Shown: positions 1-9,465 of the stretch, piece by piece
Numbering within the stretch: the stretch's first letter is position 1
Layout of the letters: every line of letters begins with the position of its first letter
Source: a virus
Taxonomy: Duplodnaviria > Caudoviricetes
DNA: 59,327 nt
Virus record (IMG/VR): IMGVR_UViG_3300027741_000070
Coordinates: 1 to 59,327 of that record
Reading direction: 5' to 3' (one strand)
The notes under the pieces: generated by a model
The model's input: only the letters and a program-made list of their open reading frames with translations
Told to the model about the DNA's origin: nothing
Database searches by the model: none
Program-made: the position numbers and the translations under genes

Positions 1-25
1 CAGAAGATTGTAAGTATCCAGCCAT

Positions 26-295
26 TTAAATTCCCTTCAAATAAACTATGCAGTCATCAATTGCAACCAATAAAAGCAACAAATTGTTTTTGTACTGCGG
101 CTCTTGCACATCGTAATCTGTTCTAAGTTTTTCAAAAAAAGAAATAAGTTTATTGATGGTTAATGTTTTATTTTCTTCTGTACATTCATTAATCAAAGAC
201 AAAAGCGTATTTCTGTTTGTCAAAAAAAATTCATTAACTGAATTAATGCCTAAAACATTTTTAACAGACGGCAGAGATAGCAGTTCATTTTTCAT
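26..295 (-). CDS. Hypothetical protein (89 aa)
   Basis: ORF overlaps the end of the upstream tail-fibre gene on the late strand; no motif recognised. Confidence 0.6.
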   Translation of the reverse strand: MKNELLSLPSVKNVLGINSVNEFFLTNRNTLLSLINECTEENKTLTINKLISFFEKLRTDYDVQEPQYKNNLLLLLVAIDDCIVYLKGI

Positions 296-1796
296 TTTTT
301 AAACTATCCAGTTCTGCTTTAAGTTCTTTTACGGCCTCAACAAGAAGTGCAACAACTCGGTCATACTTCATTGCCTTATACCCGTCTTCTCTATCCGCAA
401 CTAATTCTGGCAAAACTTTTTCAACTTCCTGTGCAATCATCCCAACATCATGTTGGCGAATAAAGTAACCGTCTTCACCGCCATGCTTAGAAATGTATTC
501 TTGTGTCCAATCAAATGTAACGCCACGAAGCTGTTGAATTTTTTCTAAAGCGTTAGGAATGACTTGTACGTTTTCTTTTAAACGAGCATCAGATGAGTAA
601 TATGCGGTGATGTTGTTTGTTGCGCGGATTTCACCAGTGGTTCCTGAAGCGGCAGTTCCAATACCAAGTGCATTTGCCACTTGAAGGCCGTTTGAAGTAA
701 TACGAGCGCGTTCAGAAGCAGACGCATAAAGTAAAAGAGTATTGGTTGTTCCGCCACTGCCAGTTGTGTTGTACGCAAGAATTGACGCCGAATTATTTGA
801 ATAACCAAAAGTTCCAGAGTTTGCGCTGATAAGAAAATTCGTTGATTGAGCGCCACTTGAATTAACAAGCACTTGCTGCGTGCCATCAACAGTCATTGAA
901 ATAGAGCCAGTTCCAGAGTCGGTAACGGTTACGCTTGAATCGCCTTGGCTGATTGAGTTAGACGAAATAGTTGACCACTTAGGTGGCATCCCAGTGCCTT
1001 GGCTTGAAAGCACTTGTCCGGTAGTACCAGACGAACCAAACACCGCCGGTACCGAAATGGGAGCGGTCAATGTAAAAGTATTGGCATAAGAACCAACCGT
1101 GACGTTACCGCTAACTGCGGTAGTTAAAACCGTGGTCACAGTGAAAGTGGTTGAACCTGTAACGGCGATTGTGTAAACGCCATCTTCTGCGGTAGCGCCG
1201 CCGCTGGTGAAGTCAAGGTAGACTTGTTGACCATTAGCAAGTCCGTGTGCAGAAGCGGTAGTAACCGCAAGCGATGTACTAGATGCGCTTCGACTATAAG
1301 TCCCAGATACAGCCGTCACAGTTCCAGCGGAAAGATTGCCAGCAGCGGTAACTGCGCCAGATGCTGTGATTGAAGTTGTGGTAAGACTTGTTAAGTAATC
1401 ATTGGCACTAACAACATCCGTACCATTGACATAAACGCAAGCAGTTTTCCCGTTGGGGATGGTGATTGTTGGCGCTGTAGAAGTTTTAACAATCAAGTCA
1501 TAGGTCGTGATTGAGTTTTTAATTACATATAACTTTTGGATAGACGGCAGAACAACTGTCGCCCCCGAACCCGGCGTTCCGGTAAATTCAAGAAACAAAG
1601 CCCGCGCGTTTTGAAGCGCGTTGGTGTTAGATAGGGTGAGCGTTGTTGAGGTTGTGCTTAAGGCCTGAGTAGCATACCCACCAATGGCTTGCTCAATAGC
1701 ATACTGAAAGTTGTTGTTGGTGGTTGTGCCCCAAGTACCGGATTGTTCGCCGGTACCAATCAGTTCAATTTTATAGCTAGAGTATGTGCTTGCCAT
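285..1796 (-). CDS. Tail fibre protein with C-terminal intramolecular chaperone (peptidase S74-like)
   Basis: Ser/Thr/Gly-rich body. C-terminal SDARLKENV...LRGVTFDW...GMIAQEVEKVLPELV...YDRVVALLVEAVKEL is the S74 chaperone signature. Confidence 0.88.
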   Translation of the reverse strand: MASTYSSYKIELIGTGEQSGTWGTTTNNNFQYAIEQAIGGYATQALSTTSTTLTLSNTNALQNARALFLEFTGTPGSGATVVLPSIQKLYVIKNSITTYDLIVKTSTAPTITIPNGKTACVYVNGTDVVSANDYLTSLTTTSITASGAVTAAGNLSAGTVTAVSGTYSRSASSTSLAVTTASAHGLANGQQVYLDFTSGGATAEDGVYTIAVTGSTTFTVTTVLTTAVSGNVTVGSYANTFTLTAPISVPAVFGSSGTTGQVLSSQGTGMPPKWSTISSNSISQGDSSVTVTDSGTGSISMTVDGTQQVLVNSSGAQSTNFLISANSGTFGYSNNSASILAYNTTGSGGTTNTLLLYASASERARITSNGLQVANALGIGTAASGTTGEIRATNNITAYYSSDARLKENVQVIPNALEKIQQLRGVTFDWTQEYISKHGGEDGYFIRQHDVGMIAQEVEKVLPELVADREDGYKAMKYDRVVALLVEAVKELKAELDSLKNEK

Positions 1797-1837
1797 TTTG
1801 CTTCCATTAAATTTTGTTGTTTATTAGTTCTATTTTA

Positions 1838-2116
1838 TTACTGTTTGACGATATTGACTATTCTGGTGTTGTCTTCAAGGGCTACAAATTCATGCGGCTG
1901 ATTTGCCGGAAAATCAATTACTGCGCCAGATTTAAAAACTTTTTCCCAGCCTTCACCAGATGCCTTTACGGAACCACGAGCAACAACAGTTATATGCGCA
2001 TTAGTTTCGTCATGCGTGTGCATTGGCAGCACGTCACCAGTCACCTCAAAATCATAAATGGTGCCGGTAAGATTACCGGCAACCAATGGTCTACTCAGCA
2101 ACGACACTAGGACCAC
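1838..2116 (-). CDS. Cupin-domain protein (true start probably TTG near 2101)
   Basis: LPMHTH...HITVVARGS...DFPANQPHEFVALED two-motif cupin pattern. Confidence 0.75.
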   Translation of the reverse strand: MVLVSLLSRPLVAGNLTGTIYDFEVTGDVLPMHTHDETNAHITVVARGSVKASGEGWEKVFKSGAVIDFPANQPHEFVALEDNTRIVNIVKQ

Positions 2117-2339
2117 CTTCAGTTATAGGAGCAGGTGGCGGTGGCGGAGGTGGTGCTGGGCGCAGCACAATTGAAGTGCCATCAAAATAGTAAACGTCCG
2201 CCTGAACTTCATTGGCGCAATCAACCCAATAAAGAGGTTCTGCTACCTCAAATCCGATAGGATGCACCTCGGCAATACGAACTCCAGTGGTACCGTCGTG
2301 GTTTTTAACTACTTCATTTGGAGAAATAAGTGCTTTCAT
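2091..2339 (-). CDS. Small tail-fibre-associated protein
   Basis: MKALISPNE...RIAEV...FEVAEPLYWVDC pattern typical of ORFs after Gly-rich fibres; Pro-rich tail. Confidence 0.65.
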   Translation of the reverse strand: MKALISPNEVVKNHDGTTGVRIAEVHPIGFEVAEPLYWVDCANEVQADVYYFDGTSIVLRPAPPPPPPPAPITEGGPSVVAE

Positions 2340-2342
2340 TTT

Positions 2343-4811
2343 TTATCCCACATATTCAAGAAGAACGGCGCCGCCCATTCCGCCGAGGCCACCGCCGCCG
2401 CCCTGGCCCGCCGCCGCGTAGCTGGATATTGAAAAAGCTGTTGGACTAGATGTTAAAGAATCTGAGTCATAAATTGCTCCAATAAGATATCCAATCGGCC
2501 GGAGGGAGGCGTTACCGCCCCCGGAGGGCCCGCCGGTGTTAACACTATTCTTGATATTTCCACTAGAACCCGTTCCAGGATAACCGGTGGTGGCGGAGCC
2601 GCCAGTGGCCGAGCAGAAAGAAGCAAAAGAAGACGTTCCGCCACTAGTGCCCGAAGAATACCCGCCAGTGCCGCCCGTGCCAACTGTAATTGTGTAAGCG
2701 GTGCTAGCAGTCACGGTGTATATACCAACTGCAAACCCGCCAACTGCACCAGAGCCACCGCAGCCACTGCTGAAGCCGCCTGCACCCGCGCCAATAACTG
2801 TTGCTCGCGCTTTTGTGGTACCGGCAGGTGAAGTCCAAATAAATTGATTGGCAAGAATACTTGTGCTGGGGAATGAACGAGCTGGCGTATATGTCCAACT
2901 ACCAGAAGAACCACCAGTCCCAGTCAGCGTCAGTGCTGTTGAAGTGATAGAACCGCTTACCACGTTACCAGTCGGGGTGACGGTATAAGTACCATTACCG
3001 CCGTTGCCGGTACCAAGTGCCGAAATGGTTTTGGTCAACGTGTTGGTAGTCAACGTATAGGTGATGGCGGTGTAAGACTTGTCAATGGTGTAGGTGCCTG
3101 TGCCGCCAGCGCCAGTGCCAAATGCGGAGATGGTCGCAGTGCCAGTGCCAGCACGCGAACCACTAGCTACAGTGCCGGATGCGTCCATGTTATATGTACC
3201 CACACCACCAGTGCCGGTGCCAAAGGAAACAACATTCCCACATCCAACAATCGCCATGCCGATATGAACGCCGCCAGAAGCCACTGCTGTCACGGTCATT
3301 ACGCTAGTAGCTCTTGATGCTGTGATTGAACACGCCGTATTGATAACCGTACCGACTTGTACTCCGCCAGCGGTGTTAGTGGCAATTGTCAACGTAGTGC
3401 CGGAGTTTGTCGCGGTACCAGCAAATGAAGGGAACGTCACCACAGAACCGACATCCAGTGCGCCTTGAGTGGTCGCAGTCACAGTCATGGTGGTTCCGCT
3501 GCACGATGCAGTTCCTGCATAAGTTGGCAGCGCAAACGAACCGTAAACGCCATTTTGCAATAGTGAGTTTTGTTCGCTGCTGGTTGTCATTGTGCCGCTG
3601 GAGCCAGTTGCCGTTGCGTAAAATCCAGTAAACAATGCGGTTTGCAACTGCCCACCACTAGCAGCAATAGTGATACTGCCAGCGCCATTGGTAATGGTTA
3701 CGCCGCTACCAGCAGTAAGTGTTGCCTTAGTGAGCGTATTGCCTGTGCTATTACCAATTAGCAATTGTCCATCAGTGTAAGAAGTTTGACCTGTGCCGCC
3801 TCTAGTTACTGCAACGGTTGTCCCATTCCAAGTTGCTGATGTTATTGAACCAGCATAATCTAAAGTGTTTGTTGACCACGACACGTTGGAAGGGGATTGG
3901 TCATGCCTGTCCCAAGAACCTGCTGCACTTGCATTTGAATTCAAAACAATCGTTACATAACCACCCGATGGCACGGATGCAACTAATGTTCCCGAATTGT
4001 TGTTTACGGTAATTGCGCCGCTGCTTTGATTGTTGTTAAACGAAAAAATAGTTCCATTTGACAACGTTGTAGCGTTTGGCAGTTGTATTGTTTGTCCACC
4101 CGAACCTGTAACTAAATAAACGGGGGTTGATGCTACCGTTAAAGTTATTTGTGTTCCTGATGCCGCAACACTTGTGAAACCATTAAAATAAGCATTTGCT
4201 GTAATGTTATTGTTTGCATCGCGTAATACGACTGAGTTTGCGCCGCTTGAAGATGTAACTCCTGTGCCGCCATTAGCCACTGGCAATGCGGTGCCAGATA
4301 ATGTGACTGCCAAAGTACCGCTACTAGTAATAGGAGACCCCGTTACAGTCAAAAATGACGGTACGGTCATAGCAACCGATGTAACGGTGCCAGAGCCAGT
4401 AGTAGACCAAGTGGGGGCAGCATTACCATTTGAAGTTAGAACCTGACCAGAGCTTCCATAGGCTGTACCCGAAGAACCAAACGACACGCCACCGTTTGAG
4501 GTGATACGCATCCGTTCTGTGGTTGCTGTTGTAAAACGCATTGCGTTGGTGCTGTGGTCATAACTTACACGACCATCTAAACCGCCATCAGAATCTCTAA
4601 ATGTTAAATACCCAGTCTGACTTGCTCCGCTTTGTTCAATATTTATACCGCCATTGTCTCCAACAGTTATTTCTAGCTTTGCATCAGGGCTACTCGTACC
4701 AATACCTACGTTTTGTGAAGAATCAACAGTTACAGCAGCCGTACCGTTGGTCTTTAAGGTGAGATTGGTGGCATCGCCAGAATCTACACTGTATGTTTTT
4801 ACGGTACTCAT
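2343..4811 (-). CDS. Tail fibre protein with Gly-rich C-terminal domain
   Basis: NVGIGTSSP/ERMRI repeat, LPVANGGTG motifs, [10 protein letters not shown] repeats and a Gly-rich C-terminus (YTITVGTGG...GAVLLEY). Confidence 0.8.
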   Translation of the reverse strand: MSTVKTYSVDSGDATNLTLKTNGTAAVTVDSSQNVGIGTSSPDAKLEITVGDNGGINIEQSGASQTGYLTFRDSDGGLDGRVSYDHSTNAMRFTTATTERMRITSNGGVSFGSSGTAYGSSGQVLTSNGNAAPTWSTTGSGTVTSVAMTVPSFLTVTGSPITSSGTLAVTLSGTALPVANGGTGVTSSSGANSVVLRDANNNITANAYFNGFTSVAASGTQITLTVASTPVYLVTGSGGQTIQLPNATTLSNGTIFSFNNNQSSGAITVNNNSGTLVASVPSGGYVTIVLNSNASAAGSWDRHDQSPSNVSWSTNTLDYAGSITSATWNGTTVAVTRGGTGQTSYTDGQLLIGNSTGNTLTKATLTAGSGVTITNGAGSITIAASGGQLQTALFTGFYATATGSSGTMTTSSEQNSLLQNGVYGSFALPTYAGTASCSGTTMTVTATTQGALDVGSVVTFPSFAGTATNSGTTLTIATNTAGGVQVGTVINTACSITASRATSVMTVTAVASGGVHIGMAIVGCGNVVSFGTGTGGVGTYNMDASGTVASGSRAGTGTATISAFGTGAGGTGTYTIDKSYTAITYTLTTNTLTKTISALGTGNGGNGTYTVTPTGNVVSGSITSTALTLTGTGGSSGSWTYTPARSFPSTSILANQFIWTSPAGTTKARATVIGAGAGGFSSGCGGSGAVGGFAVGIYTVTASTAYTITVGTGGTGGYSSGTSGGTSSFASFCSATGGSATTGYPGTGSSGNIKNSVNTGGPSGGGNASLRPIGYLIGAIYDSDSLTSSPTAFSISSYAAAGQGGGGGLGGMGGAVLLEYVG

Positions 4812-4813
4812 GG

Positions 4814-6775
4814 TTATTTGGCCTCTAGTTGAGCAACGCGGTCAGTAAGAGATTGTATGATTGCTTGTTGTTCTTGGATGCACTTCATCAAGGCATACTG
4901 CAAGTCTGTTTGATAAATTGCTTTTAATGGCACACCATCTTCAGGCGTTTCGCCAAATCCAGATACATCCACCAACTCGGGAGCAACTGTTTCAACTTCT
5001 TGAGCAATAACCCCCAAGTTCAATATGTCATCCGATTGGTCTTTGTATTTAAACGTGCGAACTGGAATTGAACAAATTTTGGCAAGATAATTACCAGCGT
5101 CTTGAATGTCAGTCTTAGTACGCTCATCGGACAAGTTCACGTTATTGGCACTGTAGTTTGCAATACCGCCATTTGAACGAAGACCAAAACGTTGACCGCC
5201 AGTATCTCGAAAATCTGCAAAAAAAGATGTTGTGTTATTCGGCGCAGCACCAGAATAATCAATGTACATTCCATAAGGAACCGCATTGCTATTGCGAAGA
5301 TACATCGCTTGGTTTGCTGCTGTGGTAAGGGCTTGGATGGGGCATACACTACCGTTAATAGAACTTGTAGTCCCCACCAGCAAGTTACCGCTGGAGTCTA
5401 GGGTCATTTGCGTGGAAGTGCCACCATTTGCGCTAAAACCAAGTCCAGACTGACCGCGAAAGTAAAGCTGCCCAGCAACTGAACCATTGCCGTAGTTGCC
5501 TGCGCTGCTGATTGTTGCCAAGAATGAAGAATACGTCCCGTCAGTAATCTTCATGCCAGCAGCGCCAGAGCCGCCTTGCACAACAAGTTTTTGGTCAGGC
5601 GAAGTCGTACCAATACCTACGTTACCGCTGCCGTCGATACGCATACGTTCTTGTAACGTGGAAAACGTCGTTGAAAACGTCATTGATGAGTTTGTTGCGC
5701 CCGTTCCCGTTCTGGTTATTGCAACAGACCCAGCACCGTTAGAACCTATTGTTATTGTTCCATCAGCAGTGGTTGTTGTATCCCCCGCATATATATTGCC
5801 ACTGACTGCTAGTTTTCCGTATGTGCTTGGCGAACTCGTACCAATACCTACGTTACCGCTGGAGTCAATACACATTCTGAGAGTACCGGCATTGTTTCTA
5901 AAATATTGCGTATCGTAGTCTTGATACAAAGTGGTAATGTTGTTACCCAAATTTTGGAAATACTGACTGGTGTAGTTGACGTTAAAGTTGGTATATCTTT
6001 CAGAAGATGCGCCAGTACCAAGTTGCAAAACAGCTTGCGCAGATGCGCCTGTGTTGTTGTTCACAACACGACTAACAACTGAGCCGTTTGTATTGCCAAC
6101 AACATCTAGCTTGTAAGCAGGCGCACCACCAATACCTACGTTACCGCTGGTGTCAACGCGCATCCGCTCACTGCCGCCGGTGTAGAAGGTCATTGGGAGA
6201 TTTGTGCCGGAGCCGTGAACCCCCGAGGTGATGCGTATGTCAGTAGAAAATGCCTGAAGCTGACCGATTCCAGCGTTTGTCGGGTCAGAATTATTGGCTA
6301 CGTTAATCTGGGACTGCGTGGCCGTTCCGTTGGGCAACACACCAACCGATGTTATGCCATTCGTAGTACTACTTTGGAACATCACACGGCTAGCAATAGT
6401 CGCATTGCTAAAGTCACCAGTAATGCGCTGGCCAGTGCTGCTAAAAGTTAGGTTGCCAGAGCCAATATCCAACTTCGCCGCAGGCGAACTCGTACCAATA
6501 CCTACGTTACCGCTAGCATCTTTATAAATCTGACCGCTGCCGATGTTGATAATGCCCGTACCACCAGTCATAGTGCCGGTGTAATTAAGGTCTCCGCTAA
6601 TACTAGGACCACTAATAACAGGGCTTGTAAGAGTTTTATTGGTAAGCGTTTGAGTGGCTGCTATGCCAGTCAAAGTATCAGTAACCGCCGGGAGCGTAAG
6701 CGTATTAGTACCAGCAGTCGCCGGAACGTCTAGCGTAATGTCACCAGAAGAAGAGCCTTTAAGTTTGATTGGCAT
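4814..6775 (-). CDS. Tail fibre protein with S74-like chaperone
   Basis: Multiple ERMRIDSSGNVGIGT repeats; C-terminal SDERTKTDI...LGVIAQEVETVAPELV. Confidence 0.88.
   Translation of the reverse strand: MPIKLKGSSSGDITLDVPATAGTNTLTLPAVTDTLTGIAATQTLTNKTLTSPVISGPSISGDLNYTGTMTGGTGIINIGSGQIYKDASGNVGIGTSSPAAKLDIGSGNLTFSSTGQRITGDFSNATIASRVMFQSSTTNGITSVGVLPNGTATQSQINVANNSDPTNAGIGQLQAFSTDIRITSGVHGSGTNLPMTFYTGGSERMRVDTSGNVGIGGAPAYKLDVVGNTNGSVVSRVVNNNTGASAQAVLQLGTGASSERYTNFNVNYTSQYFQNLGNNITTLYQDYDTQYFRNNAGTLRMCIDSSGNVGIGTSSPSTYGKLAVSGNIYAGDTTTTADGTITIGSNGAGSVAITRTGTGATNSSMTFSTTFSTLQERMRIDGSGNVGIGTTSPDQKLVVQGGSGAAGMKITDGTYSSFLATISSAGNYGNGSVAGQLYFRGQSGLGFSANGGTSTQMTLDSSGNLLVGTTSSINGSVCPIQALTTAANQAMYLRNSNAVPYGMYIDYSGAAPNNTTSFFADFRDTGGQRFGLRSNGGIANYSANNVNLSDERTKTDIQDAGNYLAKICSIPVRTFKYKDQSDDILNLGVIAQEVETVAPELVDVSGFGETPEDGVPLKAIYQTDLQYALMKCIQEQQAIIQSLTDRVAQLEAK
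6404..6514. repeat. Direct repeat copy 1 (111 bp; copy 2 at 8047-8157)
   Basis: Manual alignment: 90 bp identical, then two mismatches over the remaining 21 bp. Confidence 0.9.
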
Positions 6776-6778
6776 GAT

Positions 6779-6856
6779 TTACTCGTACAGGATGTTGATT
6801 GAACCAGTTTATTGCGGCTTGACCCACGTTTGTTCGATTACCCAAGTGATGTTCAT
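6779..6856 (-). pseudogene. Chimeric gene remnant MNITWVIEQTWVKPQ*TGSINILYE*
   Basis: ATG overlaps the upstream TGA (ATGA coupling); in-frame TAA at 6809-6811. The second half matches the GSINILYE C-terminus seen in small tail proteins of such phages. Confidence 0.6.
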
Positions 6857-8958
6857 ACTTTTACTTTCAATGCGGCCACATCGGCCTTAAGTTGTTCAAT
6901 AATGGCTTGTTGTTCTTGGATTGCTGCGGTCAGAGTCGCCACGAGGAATGAGGTGTCAATGCCTTGGTAGACAGGATTGCCATCAGCATCAACAGCGTCT
7001 TTTTCGCCTGTTACCGCATCTGGACATACTTCAGCCAATTCGTGAGCAATGAAGCCTTCACCGTCAGAGCCGTCTGCTTTCCACTTATAAGTAACAGGCT
7101 TGAGTGCAGCTACTTTTGCCAAAGCACCAGTCATGGGCGCGATGTCTTCTTTCAATCGGTAATCAGAAGATGTGTTATAAGCAACTGCCGTATTTGTTTG
7201 CGAGATTGTTCCTACGGGTGTACCGTTGTAGTTGAACTCAGCGGCAGTAACAGTACCTGAGACCGTTTTATCAAAATTAATTCGACCATATCCAGATATT
7301 GTTGATTGACCGTAAAGCGTAAGACCTGCCGTTGAACCTGTGCTTGTTTTTCCCACCAGCACATTACCGCTGGTGTCAATACGCATCTTCTCAGAACTGT
7401 CATAGGCAAAGGCAAGGGGGCGAACTCCGCTGTTTGTACCCAGTTCAAACGTACTGCCGGTGTCGCGCAAGTAGCCACCACGGTTTAAATCTGAGGTGTT
7501 GATGACTTCCAGCCTTGCTGCTGTACCCGCGCCAGCAACGGTCAGTTTTTGACTTGGCGAACTTGTACCAATACCTACGTTGCCGCTGGAGTTGATGCGC
7601 ATAGCTTCAACAACTGCACCGCCGCCAGAGTTTGTACCGAATGCTAAGTTTGTACTTCCACTGCCAGCGTAACTATCAATATGCGCTATTCCAGAACTGT
7701 CCACTTGCAGATACAGGGCATCAGAAACACCATCGCCGGGGGTTGAGTCGTATGCGGCTCCAGTGCCTTTAAACTTTGTAATACCAGCCGTATCAATCTT
7801 GACTCTCTCACTGCCGCCGGTGTAGAAGGTCATAGGCAGGTAGGTGCCAGTACCAGTTATTCCTGAAGTCATACGACATTCAGTGCCAAATAAACCAAAC
7901 TGAGCAACAGATGTATTTGCCAAATCTGAACTGCTACCAAACGCAGTTAATAAGCTGGATATGCCTGTTCCGTTTGGCATGATTCCAACATTGGTGATTC
8001 CATTAGTTGTACTGGTTTGAAAATAAACTCGGTTAGCCGGGGTCGTATTGCTAAAGTCACCAGTAATGCGCTGGCCAGTGCTGCTAAAAGTTAGGTTGCC
8101 AGAGCCAATATCCAACTTCGCCGCAGGCGAACTCGTGCCAATACCTACGTTGCCGCTGGAGTCGATACGGGCGCGTTCGCTGCCGCCAGTGCCCAATTGA
8201 AGAACTGAACCGTTAACAAATAGAGGGGCATAAGCAGACTGAGCAGTATTGGTGGCCTCAATTACACCTGCCGCAGCACCGGCTAGATAGCCTTTCATGC
8301 GAATCAAGCCATTCGATGCTACTAGTGCAATTGTATTGTTGTCGTCTGCACTTAAAACAGCCAACTTTCCGTATGAACTTGGCGAACTCGTCCCAATACC
8401 TACGTTACCGCTGGAGTCAACACGCATACGCTCAGAGCCATTCACAAGAAACCGTTGTGCATATGCCCCAGTTGTTTCAATGCCCGTTGTGCCATCTGCA
8501 AGGGTAGACAACTTTGTGGTTGACAAACTATTTGTAATTTGAGTTTGTGTATCTACAGCGGTGGAATTGGAAATTTGAAATTTGCTAGTTGGCGAAGCCG
8601 TACCAATACCCACGTTACCTGCCGAATTTGCAACAATAAGATTGTCAGCATACCCAACGGCGTTTAGTTTCAAATAATCGTTTGCGCCAGCATTAACCGT
8701 CCATTCAAACGGAGCCGTTGCACCAGTTTGCCGGAATGACCCAGAAACATGAAGTTTGCTTGCAGGCGAAGCCGTACCAATACCTACATTGCCGCTTGAA
8801 TCAACGCGCATCTGCTCAGTGCCGTTTGTTGCGATTGCTACAGTATCAGTGGCTGGGAAAAGAATTCCAGTGTTGGTATCGGTACCTTGAACAGCGGGAG
8901 TTCCAGCAGAACCATCTACACCAGAAATGCCGCTAGTTCCATTGATTACGACTGACAT
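6853..8958 (-). CDS. Tail fibre protein with S74-like chaperone
   Basis: SSGNVGIGT repeats; C-terminal YNTSSDYRLKE...GFIAHELAEVCPDAVTGEKDAVD...LTAAIQEQQ. Confidence 0.88.
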   Translation of the reverse strand: MSVVINGTSGISGVDGSAGTPAVQGTDTNTGILFPATDTVAIATNGTEQMRVDSSGNVGIGTASPASKLHVSGSFRQTGATAPFEWTVNAGANDYLKLNAVGYADNLIVANSAGNVGIGTASPTSKFQISNSTAVDTQTQITNSLSTTKLSTLADGTTGIETTGAYAQRFLVNGSERMRVDSSGNVGIGTSSPSSYGKLAVLSADDNNTIALVASNGLIRMKGYLAGAAAGVIEATNTAQSAYAPLFVNGSVLQLGTGGSERARIDSSGNVGIGTSSPAAKLDIGSGNLTFSSTGQRITGDFSNTTPANRVYFQTSTTNGITNVGIMPNGTGISSLLTAFGSSSDLANTSVAQFGLFGTECRMTSGITGTGTYLPMTFYTGGSERVKIDTAGITKFKGTGAAYDSTPGDGVSDALYLQVDSSGIAHIDSYAGSGSTNLAFGTNSGGGAVVEAMRINSSGNVGIGTSSPSQKLTVAGAGTAARLEVINTSDLNRGGYLRDTGSTFELGTNSGVRPLAFAYDSSEKMRIDTSGNVLVGKTSTGSTAGLTLYGQSTISGYGRINFDKTVSGTVTAAEFNYNGTPVGTISQTNTAVAYNTSSDYRLKEDIAPMTGALAKVAALKPVTYKWKADGSDGEGFIAHELAEVCPDAVTGEKDAVDADGNPVYQGIDTSFLVATLTAAIQEQQAIIEQLKADVAALKVKV
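8047..8157. repeat. Direct repeat copy 2 (copy 1 at 6404-6514)
   Basis: Same sequence as copy 1, offset by 1643 bp, in the adjacent fibre gene. Confidence 0.9.
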
Positions 8959-8967
8959 ATCTTCTCC

Positions 8968-9456
8968 TTAGACCACAGTCCAAACGCTACCAGATGGAAC
9001 AGTAACCGTCACGCCACTATTGACCGTAATAGGCCCGCCGGAAATGCCGTTGTAACTTGCAGGGATTGTTGTGTTTACTGAAATGGTAGTGTTGCAAAGA
9101 TAAATGGACCCAGCCGCCCCACCAACAATATTTTGACCATCATCCTGATATGTTGATTTACCAGCAGGATAAACAACATAAACGTCTTTAGTGCCCGCGC
9201 TAAAATTAACCAATGAACCGCTGTTAGAAGATGCAAGCACTGTAGTGCGCGCAAGCGTAGTGCCAGAAGATGTATAAGTTCCAATACCAACTTCCCACTC
9301 ATTGGTGCCGGGATTGGATATTGTGTAGTATGTTGTGTTGCCGTTTCCGATTACAGAAAACGATTGGTAGCCAGTGGAAGCGCCGCCAAGGGTTACGGTG
9401 CCCGTGCCGGTTGTTGTTGTTGTTTCCTTAACCCTGTCTTTAAGTACAAGTGCCAT
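8968..9456 (-). CDS. Tail-associated structural protein
   Basis: MALVLKDRVKETTTTTGTG N-terminus and GPITVNSGVTVTVPSGSVW C-terminus, both common in phage tail modules. Confidence 0.75.
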   Translation of the reverse strand: MALVLKDRVKETTTTTGTGTVTLGGASTGYQSFSVIGNGNTTYYTISNPGTNEWEVGIGTYTSSGTTLARTTVLASSNSGSLVNFSAGTKDVYVVYPAGKSTYQDDGQNIVGGAAGSIYLCNTTISVNTTIPASYNGISGGPITVNSGVTVTVPSGSVWTVV

Positions 9457-9465
9457 AATGCTTCC

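Noticed and set aside
6809-6811. Stop-codon reassignment suggested by the in-frame TAA
   Set aside because: TAA, TAG and TGA all terminate normal genes here, long genes are uninterrupted in code 11, and the only tRNA is Leu(UAA anticodon), not a suppressor.
4814-8958. Diversity-generating retroelement or invertible tail cassette
   Set aside because: Repeats are direct, both copies are coding and mid-gene, and they differ at only two sites. No reverse transcriptase or invertase is present in the window.
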